Notes under the pieces: model-generated
Told to the model about the DNA's origin: nothing
What the model saw: only the letters and a program-made list of their open reading frames with translations
The model's database searches: none
Assembly: GCF_009914755.1 (NCBI RefSeq)
Contig: NC_060925.1
Length of the DNA stretch: 64,000 nt
Reading direction: 5' to 3' (one strand)
From: the human T2T-CHM13v2.0 reference genome, Homo sapiens
Part shown: piece after piece, positions 12,030 through 25,164 of the stretch
Numbering within the stretch: position 1 is the stretch's first letter
Layout of the letters: each line of letters starts with the position of its first letter
Made by a program: the position numbers and the translations under genes

Positions 12030-13035
12030 TAGCAACAGGTAGCTATTGCATGCCTGTTGGGTGCCAGGCACTAAAGAGTTGGGTGCCAGCTCTAAAGAGT
12101 AGTGAGCAAAAAGAAAACATCCTGGTATGCTGGAGTTTATTTTCTAATGGACAATTAACACAACAACAAAATGAACTACACAGTATATCAGAAGGTATTA
12201 AAAGCCATAGAGAAAAATAAAGGAGGGAAGGGGCTGATGTTACAGTTGGTTTGTATTTTAAATAGGGCAGTCTGGGAAGGCCTCACTGATAAAGTGATAC
12301 CTGAGCAAAGACCTGAGGAGCTGAGAGAGTGAGCCCTTGGCACAGGTGTGGGAGGAGGCAGCAGCAGGCACAGATTCAGAGGCAGGAGGATGCCCAGTGT
12401 GTGGGTGGAGCAGGGAGGAGGCTGGTGAGGCTGGAAAGGGAGTAAGGGCTGAGGAATTGTAGGAGGCGTGGGAGGAGGTCTCTGCAGATCATTCAGGGCC
12501 TTGTGAGACACGTAAGACTTTCGCCTTTTCTCAGAGTGAGATGGGAGTCATGGGAGGGTTTCTCCCTTTTTCTTTTTTCTTCTTCTTCTTCTTCCTTTTT
12601 TTGTTTTTTGTTTTTTGTTTTTGAGAGACAGCGTCTTGCTATGTGTTGCCCAGGCTAGGCTTGAACTCCTGGGCTCAGGAGATCCTCTTGCTGCAGCCTC
12701 TTGAGTAGCTGGGATTGCAGACATGTGCCACCATGCTTGGCTTTTTATGGGAGGGTTTTGAGTGGAGCAGTGACATGATCTGATCTACCTAAAGCAGAAT
12801 TGCTCTGGCTACTGGGCAGAAGCTGGGGACCATTTAGGTGGCTGTTGTATTGATTTAGGTTACACTTGATTTACACTATCCAAGATAGTGTAGTTGGAGC
12901 CAGGGTGGAAGCAATGGAAGTGATGAGAAGTGTTTGGATTCAGGATATATTAGAAGGGCAGAGCAAAAAGGATTTCCTGATGGGTTGGGTGGAGAAGAGT
13001 TAGTATGTCTGCAAGATTTGAGCCTCAGCAACTGG
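12030..13035 (-). mobile_element. L2 (antisense), interrupted by a monomeric Alu
   Basis: gggaaggcctcactgataaagtgatacctgagcaaagacctga...ttggattcaggatatattagaagg. Confidence 0.7.
12564..12741 (-). mobile_element. Monomeric Alu (FLAM/FAM-like) with TSD atgggagggtttt
   Basis: Single Alu arm with T-rich tail. The 13-bp direct repeat occurs on both sides. Confidence 0.85.
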
Positions 13036-15269
13036 ATCGTGTGCTCTGCCACACACTCCTTTTTATCCATGGCCCTTATTGGTGTCCAAGTTATTATCAA
13101 GCAGTCACTCTGATCCCAATTGAGAAACTGTAGACACTCTGGTAGCCAGGAGAAATACTTCTGTGGTCTTCTGAGCCATTGCTCAGAAGATGCTACCAGG
13201 TTAGTTAATGAGAGAGAACTTGGCTCACCAGTATAAGTTACTTAGTCTTTCTTGACACCTTCTCATTACACATTTGGCATCACATTCTGGGGAGGAACTG
13301 TGATAGATGTTGGTGCCATCCAAACCTGCACCTCAGCTCTGAGTCTGAAGAATGCAGGAAAAGAGCAGAAGAGTAGGAGGAGCTAAAGCAAAGATAAAGA
13401 ATAGAGAGATCTGGAAACTTGTAGTACAAACCACTTTGAAAAAAAGACTATCAGGAGCAGTAAAATGTGTATCTTTCCCTGGTGTTTTCCCTTTTTATAT
13501 CTACCTTTCATAGCTTCCAGTTGAAAGATAAAAAGATGTGATATTTCCACAATAACTGGAGTGGGAATTAATGGACTAACATGGAATGTAACAAAAACAA
13601 AGATTAAGTCCCACATTTAGTAATTGAGAGATGGCAAGAGAAGAGTTTATGGATCCTTCTAGTCAGATACATAGAAGATACACTGGCTTTCCAAGATCCC
13701 ACTCTTGCTTGCACCCACCGTAATCTCTCCTACTTAAATAAACCACCAAGCCTGCTGTGAGAGAGTACGAGGACATAGTTTGCTACGATGTTGGCCAAGT
13801 ATAGAGCTGAAAAATCTCACCCTGTTTATTTATTAGGAATCTTGTTTTCCATCCTTGCCTTGCTCATGTGGGGCTGAGTAAATCTTAATCTGAGTTCTTA
13901 TCTCAGGAAGAGCAAAGGGTAGCCCTGGAAGCCTTCTAAATAGCAGGTGCAGGACAGAATGAAGAGGAAAAGAGAGGGTGGAGACCAGTGGAAAATATCT
14001 TTGAGAGGCCAAGAAATCCATAAGGCTGATGAGCTAGAGAAAGGAGCAGGTGGATGGGTGAGCTGGTGCCTAAGGGCGCAAACTGGAACCTACCGGGATG
14101 GGATGATAGGGACACCAGATGGACTGGCGTTGGGTCAAACCAGATGGTGGGCTTTTATTTTTAAAAGGATTTGTAAGTCCTAGGAACAAGGAACCATAAG
14201 GGTACTGGGCCTTTAATCCCATTAGTAGAAAACAAAAGTGTGCTCTTTAAAAATGTAAACTCATCAATTATAGAATTTATCAAAACTTTGGGACAGACTA
14301 CTCACTTGTGAAACCCCAAGGAATCTCTGGATTCTGTATTGATGGAAGGAGAAACTGAAGAAATAGTCTAGGCATTATAAGTTAATTAAAGACTCCTCCT
14401 TAATAATTTAAAGTGCGTTTACTAAGTTTACATTCCAAACCAAACAAAATATGATATATTTGTATGAAATAGGCTGGCTCACATGTGGAGTTGGGAGAAC
14501 AGCTAGCAGTGTAAGTAGGGACTGATGAATTATTGAGTAAATTTTGAGTTGGTAATGAGAAAATTTTTAAAATTTAAGCATCTATTGCTTTCCCAAAAAT
14601 CAGACCCCTGCACCCCACCTCCCCAGTTGCTGTGTCTAGCGCAACCTGGCCTCAGTATAGCTACAGCTGCTCTCCTGGTTGCTAAGACATGAGAGCTTCT
14701 ACTGTAGTCCTTGTCTCTATCCCAGCCTTAATTTTAGGGTCCAGAGCTATTTCCATAATCCCTCTACAACGGACTTATTTTCAAGGAGACCAGACTCTTA
14801 AGTGTAGCCTGGAGCCATCAGTTTGTGCTCCCATGTGGCATGAGTGTGGATGCTGTGCCTGCAGAGCCATGTGTCCCTTGCATAGACATGCAGAGGGGTT
14901 GGACGGGAGGGTTTGGTGTGCTACAGAGTTCATGAGGAATCTGCCTTCTTCGTATTATGTAATAGCCGATTCTCCTGCTGATAGGAACACTCTAATCTAA
15001 AAAAGTCAATAAATGTTAAGTGTTAATATTAAGAGAAAGTTTTAAGTAGTGTGATTAGTTGTTAAATGACTTTTCTGTTTAGAATATGCAGATATATCCA
15101 TTAAGTAACTATCAATAATACTGCATCATTTTCAATGCTATTTCATAGATATATCTTTCCTTAATTACTTCTGAAAAGTATAACTGTCACTTTGTAGTTG
15201 AAGTTGAATAGAGTTGCTTTCCAACACCACTGACTGTTTTTGCTTGCTTGTTCATTATTATCTCTACAG

Positions 15270-15347
15270 GTATGGAAACCTGACAAGCCCAAACTGTGAA
15301 GAAGATGGAAGCCAAAGTTCATCAGAGTCCAAAATGGTGATCAGGAA
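15270..15347 (+). CDS. RGL1: RGL1 internal coding exon, 78 nt, phase 2/2, (R)YGNLTSPNCEEDGSQSSSESKMVIR(N), REM domain region
   Basis: Acceptor tctctacag| and donor GAA|gtgagt. Translation matches RGL1 as I recall it and joins in phase to the 29874 exon. Confidence 0.93.
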
Positions 15348-15494
15348 GTGAGTCTCCCTTTTCTTTGCATTCTAAGCTCTCAGTCAAGACAATATCTTAA
15401 AGTAGTTTAGTAGAGTATTTTATTCCTTTGAATGTTGCCATGATTTTTTTTTCCATAGTGCATACAGAGGCTTATTTTTTGATTACCTAACAAT

Positions 15495-17050
15495 ATTCAT
15501 TTATGTATCCAGTGAAAGTATCTTAAGTAACCACTGTCTGCCAGGCATTGTGCTAAGGTATACAAAACAAACAAGTGAAGAAAACAAACGAACAAAATAA
15601 ACAGTCCCAGCTCATAAAAAGTGTGTATTTTACCAGAAAGAGACAAAGAATACACACAAAAAAGTGAAGAAGAATGAAGCAGGGTCTGAGGGCTGGAGCG
15701 TTTGGCTATGTGTAGGGTGCCCGGATTGGGCTGTCTGGTCTGTTGGCATTGGAGCACGCCGAAATGAGGTGTGCCCTGAGCCTTGCAAATAGCCAGGCCG
15801 ACAGACCACGGGAAAGCCTCTGAGGCAGGAGCGGTGTTTGAGAATCAGCAGGGAATTGCATGTGGCCGGAGCGCGTGCTAGGGGATGAGCACTGTGAGGT
15901 GAGCAGGAAGGTGGCCACTCACAAGGGGACTCATAGCAACTTGGGGAAAGATGTTGAATTTGATTCTGAGGAAGATAAGAAGCGCTTAGAAGGTTTTGAG
16001 AAGAGTGCTGTGGCCTGACACATCTTAAAAGACCCGCTCTGGCTCTGTGTCCGGAAAGTAGCCTGTGGCAGTGTGGCTGGGGACAAGGGTGGGAGCAGGG
16101 AGCCTGGTCAGGACCCTCCCAAGAGTCCAGATGAGGGCTGCTTGTGGTGCGGGCTGAAGCAATAGCAGTGAAGGTGACCAGCCTTTGCAGAGATCTTCCA
16201 GGTGTTGGTGGCAGGACAAGCTGGAGTGCATGGGCTGTGTGAGAGAACAAGAGGAGGCCAGATGCTTCCCAGGGTTGCGGTTTGAGCAGCGGAGAGACAG
16301 AACCTTGGCTTTATAAAATAAGGAAGATCGAGGGAGCAGGTTTAATGGGGAGTGTGTATCAGAAATTCAGTCACAGACATAATTAGCTCAGTCTAGATTT
16401 CAGGGAGAGGCATGGAATGGAGGTATAAATTTGGATGTCTTTAGTTTATACATGGTATTTAAAGCTATGAGACTGAATGTGGCTTCCTGGGAACTAAGGG
16501 CAGATAGAGGAGAGAAGATCCAGAGACTGAGCCTGGTTCCTTGGGTGTTTAGAGTTAGGGAAGTAGAGCGTCTGGCAGAGGAGACTGGAACAGAGCAGCT
16601 TTGGGGAAGGATGGGGGAGGAGAAAAAAGTTGTTGTGTCCCCAGAAGACAAGCAAAGAAAGGATTTCAGGGAGGGAGTGACCAACTCCCTCCAGTGCTGC
16701 CCTAGATCGAGTGTGAGGGTCTGAAAAGTGACTCCTCCTTTGCAGTGCTGCGGTCTTTGGTGACTTGACAAGTGCAGTTTGGTGGATGGAAAGGTGGGCA
16801 AGAGAGAATGAAGGGGATGAAGTGGGGACAGTGAGTCTTGTTAGAGGAGGAGCTTTGCTGCAAAGGGGAATAGAGAAATGGATGGAAGATGGGTTTTTTT
16901 TTTGGTTGTATATGTGTTTTTTAAAAGATGGAAGATATTTTATGCTGATGAGAATGTCCTATGAGAAAACATCCATGATGCGGGGGTGGGGGCCATTGTA
17001 GGGGTGATGTTCCTGAGTAGATGGAATGTGCACCTGGGTGCCTGAAACCA
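15495..17050 (-). mobile_element. Long L2 fragment (antisense)
   Basis: Reverse complement of the L2 3' end at 15495 (tgccaggcattgtgctaagg). Minus ORF 15630..16250 contains TTSSPHLDSW, resembling the L2 ORF2 motif IISHLDYC. Confidence 0.7.
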
Positions 17051-17692
17051 CTAGTGTTAAATATTCATTTTGGGGCCAAAAGTCTGGGGGGAATCCTGTG
17101 GAATTTTTAACTCCTCAGAAGAGTTACTGATAGACTCCTTTCTTCAGGAGCTAGGGATGTGAAAGTAGGAAGCTGAGTATCTTTTTTAACTCCTGAGTTA
17201 GGTTCCATGTAGTTTTACAGTTTTATTCAGTGGATCATAACTTTCCAGAAAACCAGACATACCAGTGTAGGTATTTGAATGTCAAGCACAAGGTACAGTG
17301 GGAGGAACAATTCTTTTGTTTTTAGAAGGGCTTGGGGAAGGCCTCTTGGAGGAGGTTACCTTTGATCTGGGCCCTGAAGCATGGTGAAGATTTTGTTGGT
17401 AGAGCCGTCTGGGTATAGGAAACAGTGGGACCAAATTGGGCAAATGCAATTTTCATGGAATTTTGGGGAACAACACAGAATTGGTGTGGCTGCTTCATAG
17501 AGTACATGTTAGGTGAGAGGGGAGTCAGTGGAGCTGAAGCTAGATTGGACTTACTTCATGAAGGGCATTAATTTCTTGCAGGAGAGTTTGGACTTTCCCT
17601 GGTAAGCAGTGGGCAGTCAGCAGTAATGAATTTTTATAGGAGGGAAACAATATAATCTAAAAGGTGATTTTTCAGAATGGGTTAGACATAGA

Positions 17693-17860
17693 GCCTTCTC
17701 GCTCAAAGTGTGACCGTGGACCTATAGCATCAGCATCTCCTGGGTGGGAGCTTGTGAGAAATGCAGACTCTCAGGCCCCACTCAGACCTAATGGATTAGA
17801 ATCTGCATTTTAACAAGATTCTCAAGTGATTCCTAAGCACTTTAGAGTTTTGAGAATCAT
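17693..17860. mobile_element. MER5A (hAT-Charlie MITE)
   Basis: ctcaaagtgtg...agcatcagcatc...gagcttgtgagaaatgcagactctcaggcccc...agaatctgcattttaacaagat. Confidence 0.85.
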
Positions 17861-18104
17861 AGGAGTCTATGAAAACTCACTAAGATAATGATTTTTTTAG
17901 AAGAACCTTTTTATAATGGACATTTTGGAGCATATACAAAAGGAGAGATACTGTAAGAATTGAGTGTAATCTAGACTTGTGAGCAGATTCAGAAATAGAC
18001 ATGTTATTATACACATATTTTGGAACTCAGTCCAATCTAGAGCTGCCATTCAATTAGCCACCTGAACACTCTGAGGAGAGTCACAATCAAAAATATCCAG
18101 AGCT

Positions 18105-18532
<428 letters not shown>

Positions 18533-19310
18533 TCATTCGAATTCGTTGTATACTAGGAACACTAATGTGAATGAAACTCCAAGCTAAGCTGTTTTAAAGA
18601 GTTTTAGAGTTTTAAGCATATGAGGGCTTAACAAAGAGCTTCACACAGAACTCCCCTGAGGGGTCCATCCTCTGGGGACAATGGTCCTTTCCTAAAGTCT
18701 CACAATAACTTGGTGGAAAGTTCTTGACCCTTTTGCTCAGACTGAGTTGCCTTTTAAAAAATTATGCCTGATGAAAATATGCCACTTTATCTTATAATGG
18801 GTCGCTCTGTCCTACAGATTCTGGAATGTTAAAATCCCTTCTTACTGGTGACCTCTTTCTTCCTTCCATTTCCCTTTCTTCTGTCTTTCTCACTGTTTTT
18901 TCCCCACATCTTTTATTGTTTTTCATCTCACTTCACTATTATTTTTTGGCTCTCTTTTTCTGAAACTATGCTTCTCCTGATCATTTCTGTGCCTAGATAG
19001 GGTCACTGCTTTGTCTTTGTCTTTGTGAGAGGAAATCAGGGAAGCATCTTCTCCCATCTGTATGTAATGTATTGCAAATTTCCTGGTCATCCCAGACCTC
19101 TGGCATCTGACTTGCAGCAATGATTGAGGGCTTCCTGATGATCAATAGATGTGTAGGAGGTATGGCAGTGGTTCTCAACAGGGCGATTGTTATCCTCCAG
19201 AGGACATTTGCCAATGCCCTACAGACATTTTGGTTGTCTCAACTTGGTGGGGGGAGGCTATTGGCAACTCATGGGTAGAGGCCAGGGATGCTGCTAAACG
19301 TCCTAGCATG

Positions 19311-19897
19311 TGAAAGTTTCTTGTATTGGTTCGAACCCTAAAAGCATGCCAACAGACAACACAAAGCGGTGTGGAGCAACACACTGTTTTAATGAGTGCC
19401 TGGGTGCAGGCGGGCTGAGACCTAAAATGACATCAGCCCCAAGTGAGGACGGGACAGGGGCTTTGTAGTCCTCTGTAAACAGGAAGTGTCCCAGTCTGAC
19501 GTGACTGCTACGTAGTACCTGGACGGCCTCTTTCTCGGTCTTCAGGGGTATGTGTCTTCCGGCCAGGGTAGGTGTCTTCCGGCCAGGGTAGTTGTCTTCC
19601 GGCCAGGGTAGGTGTCTTCCGGCCAGGGTAGTTGTCTTCCGGCCAGGGTAGGTGTCTTCCGGCCAGGGTAGTTGTCTTCCGGCCAGGGTAGGTGTCTTCC
19701 GGCCAGGGTAGTTGTCTTCCGGCCAGGGTAGGTGTCTTCCGGCCAGGGTAGGTGTCTTCTGGCCCGCTGTCTTCCTGCTTCTGCTATCTTGCTGACGCGT
19801 GCTGCTGGCGCAAGTGGCCTTGAGCTTTGGGACTGGGCCTGAGAAGGGAGGAGTTACTCATCCCTTCAAGCTTTCGGGCCCGGGGGAGAATCTTTCA
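19311..19897 (-). mobile_element. ERV1 solo LTR, probably MER48 (HERV-H48/Fb group), antisense to RGL1
   Basis: TGAAAG...CTTTCA termini, 5-bp TSD GCATG (19306-19310, 19898-19902), minus-strand ATTAAA near 19388. Family name from memory. Confidence 0.8.
19546..19764. repeat. 20-bp minisatellite GGCCAGGGTAG(G/T)TGTCTTCC, ten full units plus partial flanks
   Basis: Units start at 19561 through 19741. The variable base runs G,T,G,T,G,T,G,T,G,G. Confidence 0.97.
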
Positions 19898-20119
19898 GCA
19901 TGCACAAAGTAACTCTCCTCTACCCCAACAAGGAATGATCTGACCTTAAATGTCAATAGTGCCTAAGAAGCCCTGCTATGTAGTATTGAGGCTCTAGTTC
20001 TCAAGTGAAACTGTCTTTATGAATACCTAACATACATAAAAATAGGAGCAGGCCTATTTGGAAATTTCTCTATTTGTGTCTCTTTTTATAAGTAGCTGAA
20101 TCAAATGTGGAAGTGATTC

Positions 20120-20315
20120 AGAGGCAGCCACATGGAGAGGGAAAGGCCCTGGTGAAGGAGCCTGGAGAACTCGGATCCTGCTCCTTCTCTATCACTCTGT
20201 CACTTACCAGTCATCTGACCTTGGCTTAGTCCCTTCACCTCCCTTTGTTTCAGTTTCTTCACCTGAAAAATGAGTGCTTGGAGTAAATGCTCGCTGAGGT
20301 CCTTTTAAGTTCAGT
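20120..20315 (+). mobile_element. MIR (old subfamily)
   Basis: tgaccttggcttagtcccttcacctc...ttcagtttcttcacctgaaaaatgag. Confidence 0.65.
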
Positions 20316-22574
20316 GATGTCTAAGATAAAATTTATTTAGCTTTTTCTTTCTCTCAAAAAATGAATAACAGAAACAGAGATATGGTCCACACAGCATAGT
20401 GGACTTTTGAGAGTACGGTACCTTCGACCACTTTTCTCTGTTGGAAAGTGTGTTACCAGTTTTGAAGAGACAGGAAGAAACACATACACAAGCTTTGTTT
20501 GTTATTAGTCATGACATCACAGCTGCTCACTGGGGTCATGAATAAAGAGCTGAGCTAAAGCATTGTCTTGTGGGAGTAAGGCAAGGAGTGGCAAAATGCC
20601 CATTGTTTTCTTTTGCTATGAATCTGTTCTCTTGTGATTTCAGGTGGAAAACCGACAGCAGGAATCCAATGACATTCAGGAAGTAAACATCCTGTTTAGG
20701 GCAGTTGCCTTCAGTTTTGCAGACCTGGGTGGAGGAGGGGATGGGGACAGGGACTCACTATTGGATTTAACCATGAACAGAAAAATGCCCAAATATTGTT
20801 TGTTTTCCCGTTTTAGCTGTAAAGCAAAGAGCAACCCTTACATTTTATACAGGCTCCCAAGTACCAAGTAAAATCTTTCCTGTATTTCCAAATATGGATT
20901 TAAACCTTTCAGAGGGTAAAAGAACTTTAAAGAAGGAAAATGTGGAAATACAGATGAAGCATTCAAGATGAAAAATTGGTTTCTGATGTCTTGGACCACA
21001 ACCGACTAGTGTTCTTCATGCATTTAAAAAAGTATCAGATTGTGCAGGGACTCCCACATGCGGAGTACTTGTAATTCCAGTCCAGAGTTCAGGCTTTGCA
21101 CAATGTCAGGACCCTCTAAAGTTATCTGGCTAAGACAAGAATGTGTTCAGTTGCAAAGGATTCAACTTCCAAGGCTTCTGGATGTTGGAATCTTTGCCTC
21201 ACGGTGATTTCTGATGGTAGGGCTAGACTGATTATATAAGGTGTGCCACATTTATTTCTAGGATTCCTAAATTGGCCACTATTTATCAATTAGGAAACTC
21301 ACTTTCTATGACAGAAGAAAACATTTCTGCCTATATTCATTCTACCCGTGCCCTTTTCCTGCTGACATTTTTACACGATAAAATGCTATCTTTTTAAATA
21401 ATAAAATCTGAACCAGATGGAAAAAGTGAATTGTCTCTAGGGCAGATTTATTATAGTCATTGAATTCAGAAATGAAGAGAATGTAAAGAAGGGATATTAA
21501 CCATATAGAGCTTTTACAACACGAATCTTCATTCTCTGAATTTTATATGAGATGGCCATATCTCCCTCTCTCTATATATAACTTTATTTAAAGAGATTTA
21601 AAACTCCTCAAGAAATGATGCTTTATTTCTTTCCTTTAATGACTATTATAAGGTTGAAATTGTTTCTGTTTTCTTTTCTTTAATTGAATCTCATCAGTTT
21701 CCTTCTGGAGTGCCAAGTTTTGTTTTCTCAAACTCTCTACCATAGTACTACTTCAAATTGTTGAAATCGTTCTGCTTTCATTTCCACATATTCAGAAGAT
21801 ACGTATATTGTTCTTGTAATCTTTTCCCAGAAGTTGTAAACAGTGACACCAGATTTCAGTCACTGGTAAAGGATCATGTAAATAGTAGTAATCCAAGACA
21901 TCGGATACACTTGAAAGAGAAAGGAAAGGAGTTAAAGGAAGTTGGCTGTGTTACATTACTGCCTCAGAAACTTCACAGTGGAAAGTTAAAAAATCTTCCC
22001 AGAGAGTTTGCAATCAATATTCATTCCTGCAAATTCAGATGCCGTAAGAAGGCAATTGAAATTAATTGGAGTGATTATAACAAAAATGGGGAAAAGGAGG
22101 AGGGGTGAAGAACAGCAAAAACAAGATTTAAAACTCCAATTTAGAAGAATTAAAAGTTATAATGTGAAAGGAATTTTTTTTAAAGTGAAACAAAAGAAAT
22201 GAAGAAGTGATATGCCATATCGAAGAGTCTGGTATTGTCTTTAAAATATCCCTACAGGACAAAGAAGAATAAAAACCATAGTTTTACAAGTCATTAGCAT
22301 TCTAAGTCAAGTCTGCATTTTAGGGACATGGGTAGAAAGCCCTGAGCAGAAACTGATGTTCTAATAGTTGAGGAAGAATAAAACAACATTGATAATCAAT
22401 GGCTCAAAAAGAAGACAGATCAATCATACGAGTATCTCCTAGGGTTTTCTACATTAAAGAATGTCTCTTTTAGAAAGGAAAACAGACATCACAATTAGAC
22501 TGTATTGTTTGATTCCCTGCACAGCATTGTAAACAAAGAAAATGATGACACTGCCCTTGCCACCACCATTGGCT

Positions 22575-22780
22575 ACAATTTGTGGTATGCTTACAAGGCA
22601 TTCTGCTAAGTACTTTATATTTGTGTCTTCTTCAACCATCACAAATATGCTGAGATATTGTCCTCACTTTATAGGATATAAAGTGAAGCTTCAGAGAAGT
22701 TATGTGTTTTGACTAAGATCAGGCAGGTGGTTAAGTGACAGGTCTGATATTTGAACTCCCGTCCAACTGACTCCAAGACC
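22575..22780 (-). mobile_element. MIR
   Basis: ttgtcctcactttataggatataaagtgaagcttcagagaagtta...tttgaactccc. Confidence 0.65.
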
Positions 22781-23334
22781 TGGGTGGGAAGCCCAGGCAT
22801 GCCATTTATAGAAGAGCATTGGGATCTCGGATACTCAAGATTTTTCTCCGCATTTGCCTATATCACCATAATAAGACTGCGGAAGTACATGAAGAACTAG
22901 ATTACAATATCATTGTTGTGACTAATGTTTTAGATTGTTATTATTCTGAGATCTTTTGTCATTATTTCCATTGCTCTATGCTGTTTTGCCTGGCTGTTGC
23001 TTTATTATTGAATGAACACCCTGAGCAAGGTTCGCACACAGCTGTTAGAAATGTGGAAGCTAGACCTTTTTCCTGGGGAAGGAGATGGGTTGAAGGATGT
23101 GAGGAAACAAGACCAAATTAGGCCCATCAAAGGAGAACCTGCTTCCTGTTCCTTGTGCCTCATAGCATCTGTCACTACCAACGGAAACTCAGTTCTAGTG
23201 GTGAAAACTATAGAAGGCCTCAGCCATTTTTTTCAATAGAGTTCTATTTATAACATGAAAACTCCCTTCTTGGACTGTGGGGAATGAGTTATTGAGGTCC
23301 TTGAAAGATAATTTTGGTGACTGGCGATGTCCTT

Positions 23335-23550
23335 TTCTAATAATAGCTAGAATTTATTGACTACTTAGTAGGAATGGTCCCTGTGTTAAGTACTGTACAT
23401 ACTTGTTAAATCCTCATAATGATTATGTTTTATTATTCTTATTTTACAGAGGAGGAACCTGGGGCGTAGGTTAAGGAACATGTCCAAGGCTACACAGTGA
23501 ATAAATGAAAGAGCTGGGATTTAACCGAGGCCTTAACCTCTGTGCTGCAT
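23335..23550 (-). mobile_element. MIR
   Basis: attttacagaggaggaacctgggg...ccaaggctacacag...gagctgggattt. Confidence 0.65.
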
Positions 23551-24795
23551 GACCTTTACTATTTTTCCTCTGATAAAAATGAAAATATTTCTCTTAAGTA
23601 CTTAGCTTGGGAATGAAAGACAGGTGTGTAAATAACCTTGACTTTGGGTAATTGGCTTCAGGCTTATCCATCCTACTCCGGGCCCTCTCCCACTCACATT
23701 TACTGTCTTTCTGTATGTCTTCCTTTCATAATCTTTTTCTTCCTCCTTCTTGCCGTGGAGGTTTTTTTTTTTCTCTTCTCTCCCTTCCCCATAGTCCCTG
23801 CGTTGCCCTTGCCTTCTTAGTGCTTAAATCTGACTCTGGCTTTGTTGGCATTATTTCCCTGGTCTTTTCTCAATCTCTCTTTCACGTCTCCTCCTAGTAT
23901 TTGAATCCCTGTTTACCAACAGCACTGAAATGTGACAATGTAAAGTGTAAAAAAGCAACGCAGGACAACCTTGACAAGTCCAGATAATAATATTTTCATC
24001 CTTTCCAGGAAAAAAACAAAGAGGAAAGCTTTGTATCTTTCTTTGTTCCTTCTCATCAGGAAAATCATCTAGCTGGAGGTCTCAGAGGCAGCTTCTATCT
24101 GGCAACCTTCCCTGAAACAGAGCAAAACTGTTCTATGATTAGGAGAACAAGGTGGAGGGTCCGGCCCAGAGTCAGGGTCAAGGTTGACTTAGGCTTCAGT
24201 TCTTGAAGGACAAAGTGTATTAGATCCTGCCCTCAGAGCTTGGCAGAAGTTACTTCATTGCTTGAAAGGCCCACCGTCTGCGTAAATCTTCTTACCTTTT
24301 CATTATCTGCAGCGAAGACAAGATCCAGTTCTCAGAGAATGTATTAAAATAGAAAAACATTTTGCTGCTTTTGAAAAATGGTTCCATGTCTTATTTTCTG
24401 CTGATGATTAAGTACAAAAAATTATTATTTCAAATAGATTGCTGGGGAGAGAAAAGAACTCTAGATGGATAGTGTTATTCTTTCTGTCACGGTAATCCTA
24501 TTTCTTGGCTCAGAAGTTACACATCATGGGAGAGGTGACTTCATACCTGAAAAAATTTGTATTAAACATTTGACCAATTATAGAGTATTTTACTGCCTAT
24601 GGAATGTTAATATGATTTAATACGTTTACCTAAAATCTGCATTCATTAAAAAGTCTGTGATTTGCGCATAATCGCTGCCTAAATGCTTGCCTCAGCCCTC
24701 TCTGCATTGCGTGCCTGAAGATCGTGGGGTGGCTAGAAGTTCTGAACCATTTTCTTTTATCTCTCAGCCAAGGTGCATCTGTCTAATGTCTTCTA

Positions 24796-25164
<369 letters not shown>

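Larger units (their letters stand above)
19166..19975. mobile_element. MER20 DNA element split by an LTR insertion
   Basis: cagtggttctcaac...gggtagaggccagggatgctgctaaac (left half) and aaatgtcaatagtgcc...ccctg (right half). Confidence 0.85.

Noticed and set aside
15630-16250. Longest ORF in the track (206 aa, minus strand)
   Set aside because: Lies in a decayed L2 with only a trace of ORF2 similarity and has a low-information Pro/Ser/Cys-rich composition.
19546-19764. Regular 20-bp repeat resembling a CRISPR array
   Set aside because: Units are contiguous with no unique spacers, there are no cas genes, and it lies inside a mammalian LTR. It is a minisatellite.
21758-22202. Lys/Glu-rich ORFs after an acceptor-like cttttcccag at 21830
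   Set aside because: No recognisable protein family, no matching strong donor and not needed for the RGL1 frame. Probably A-rich decayed repeat or chance.
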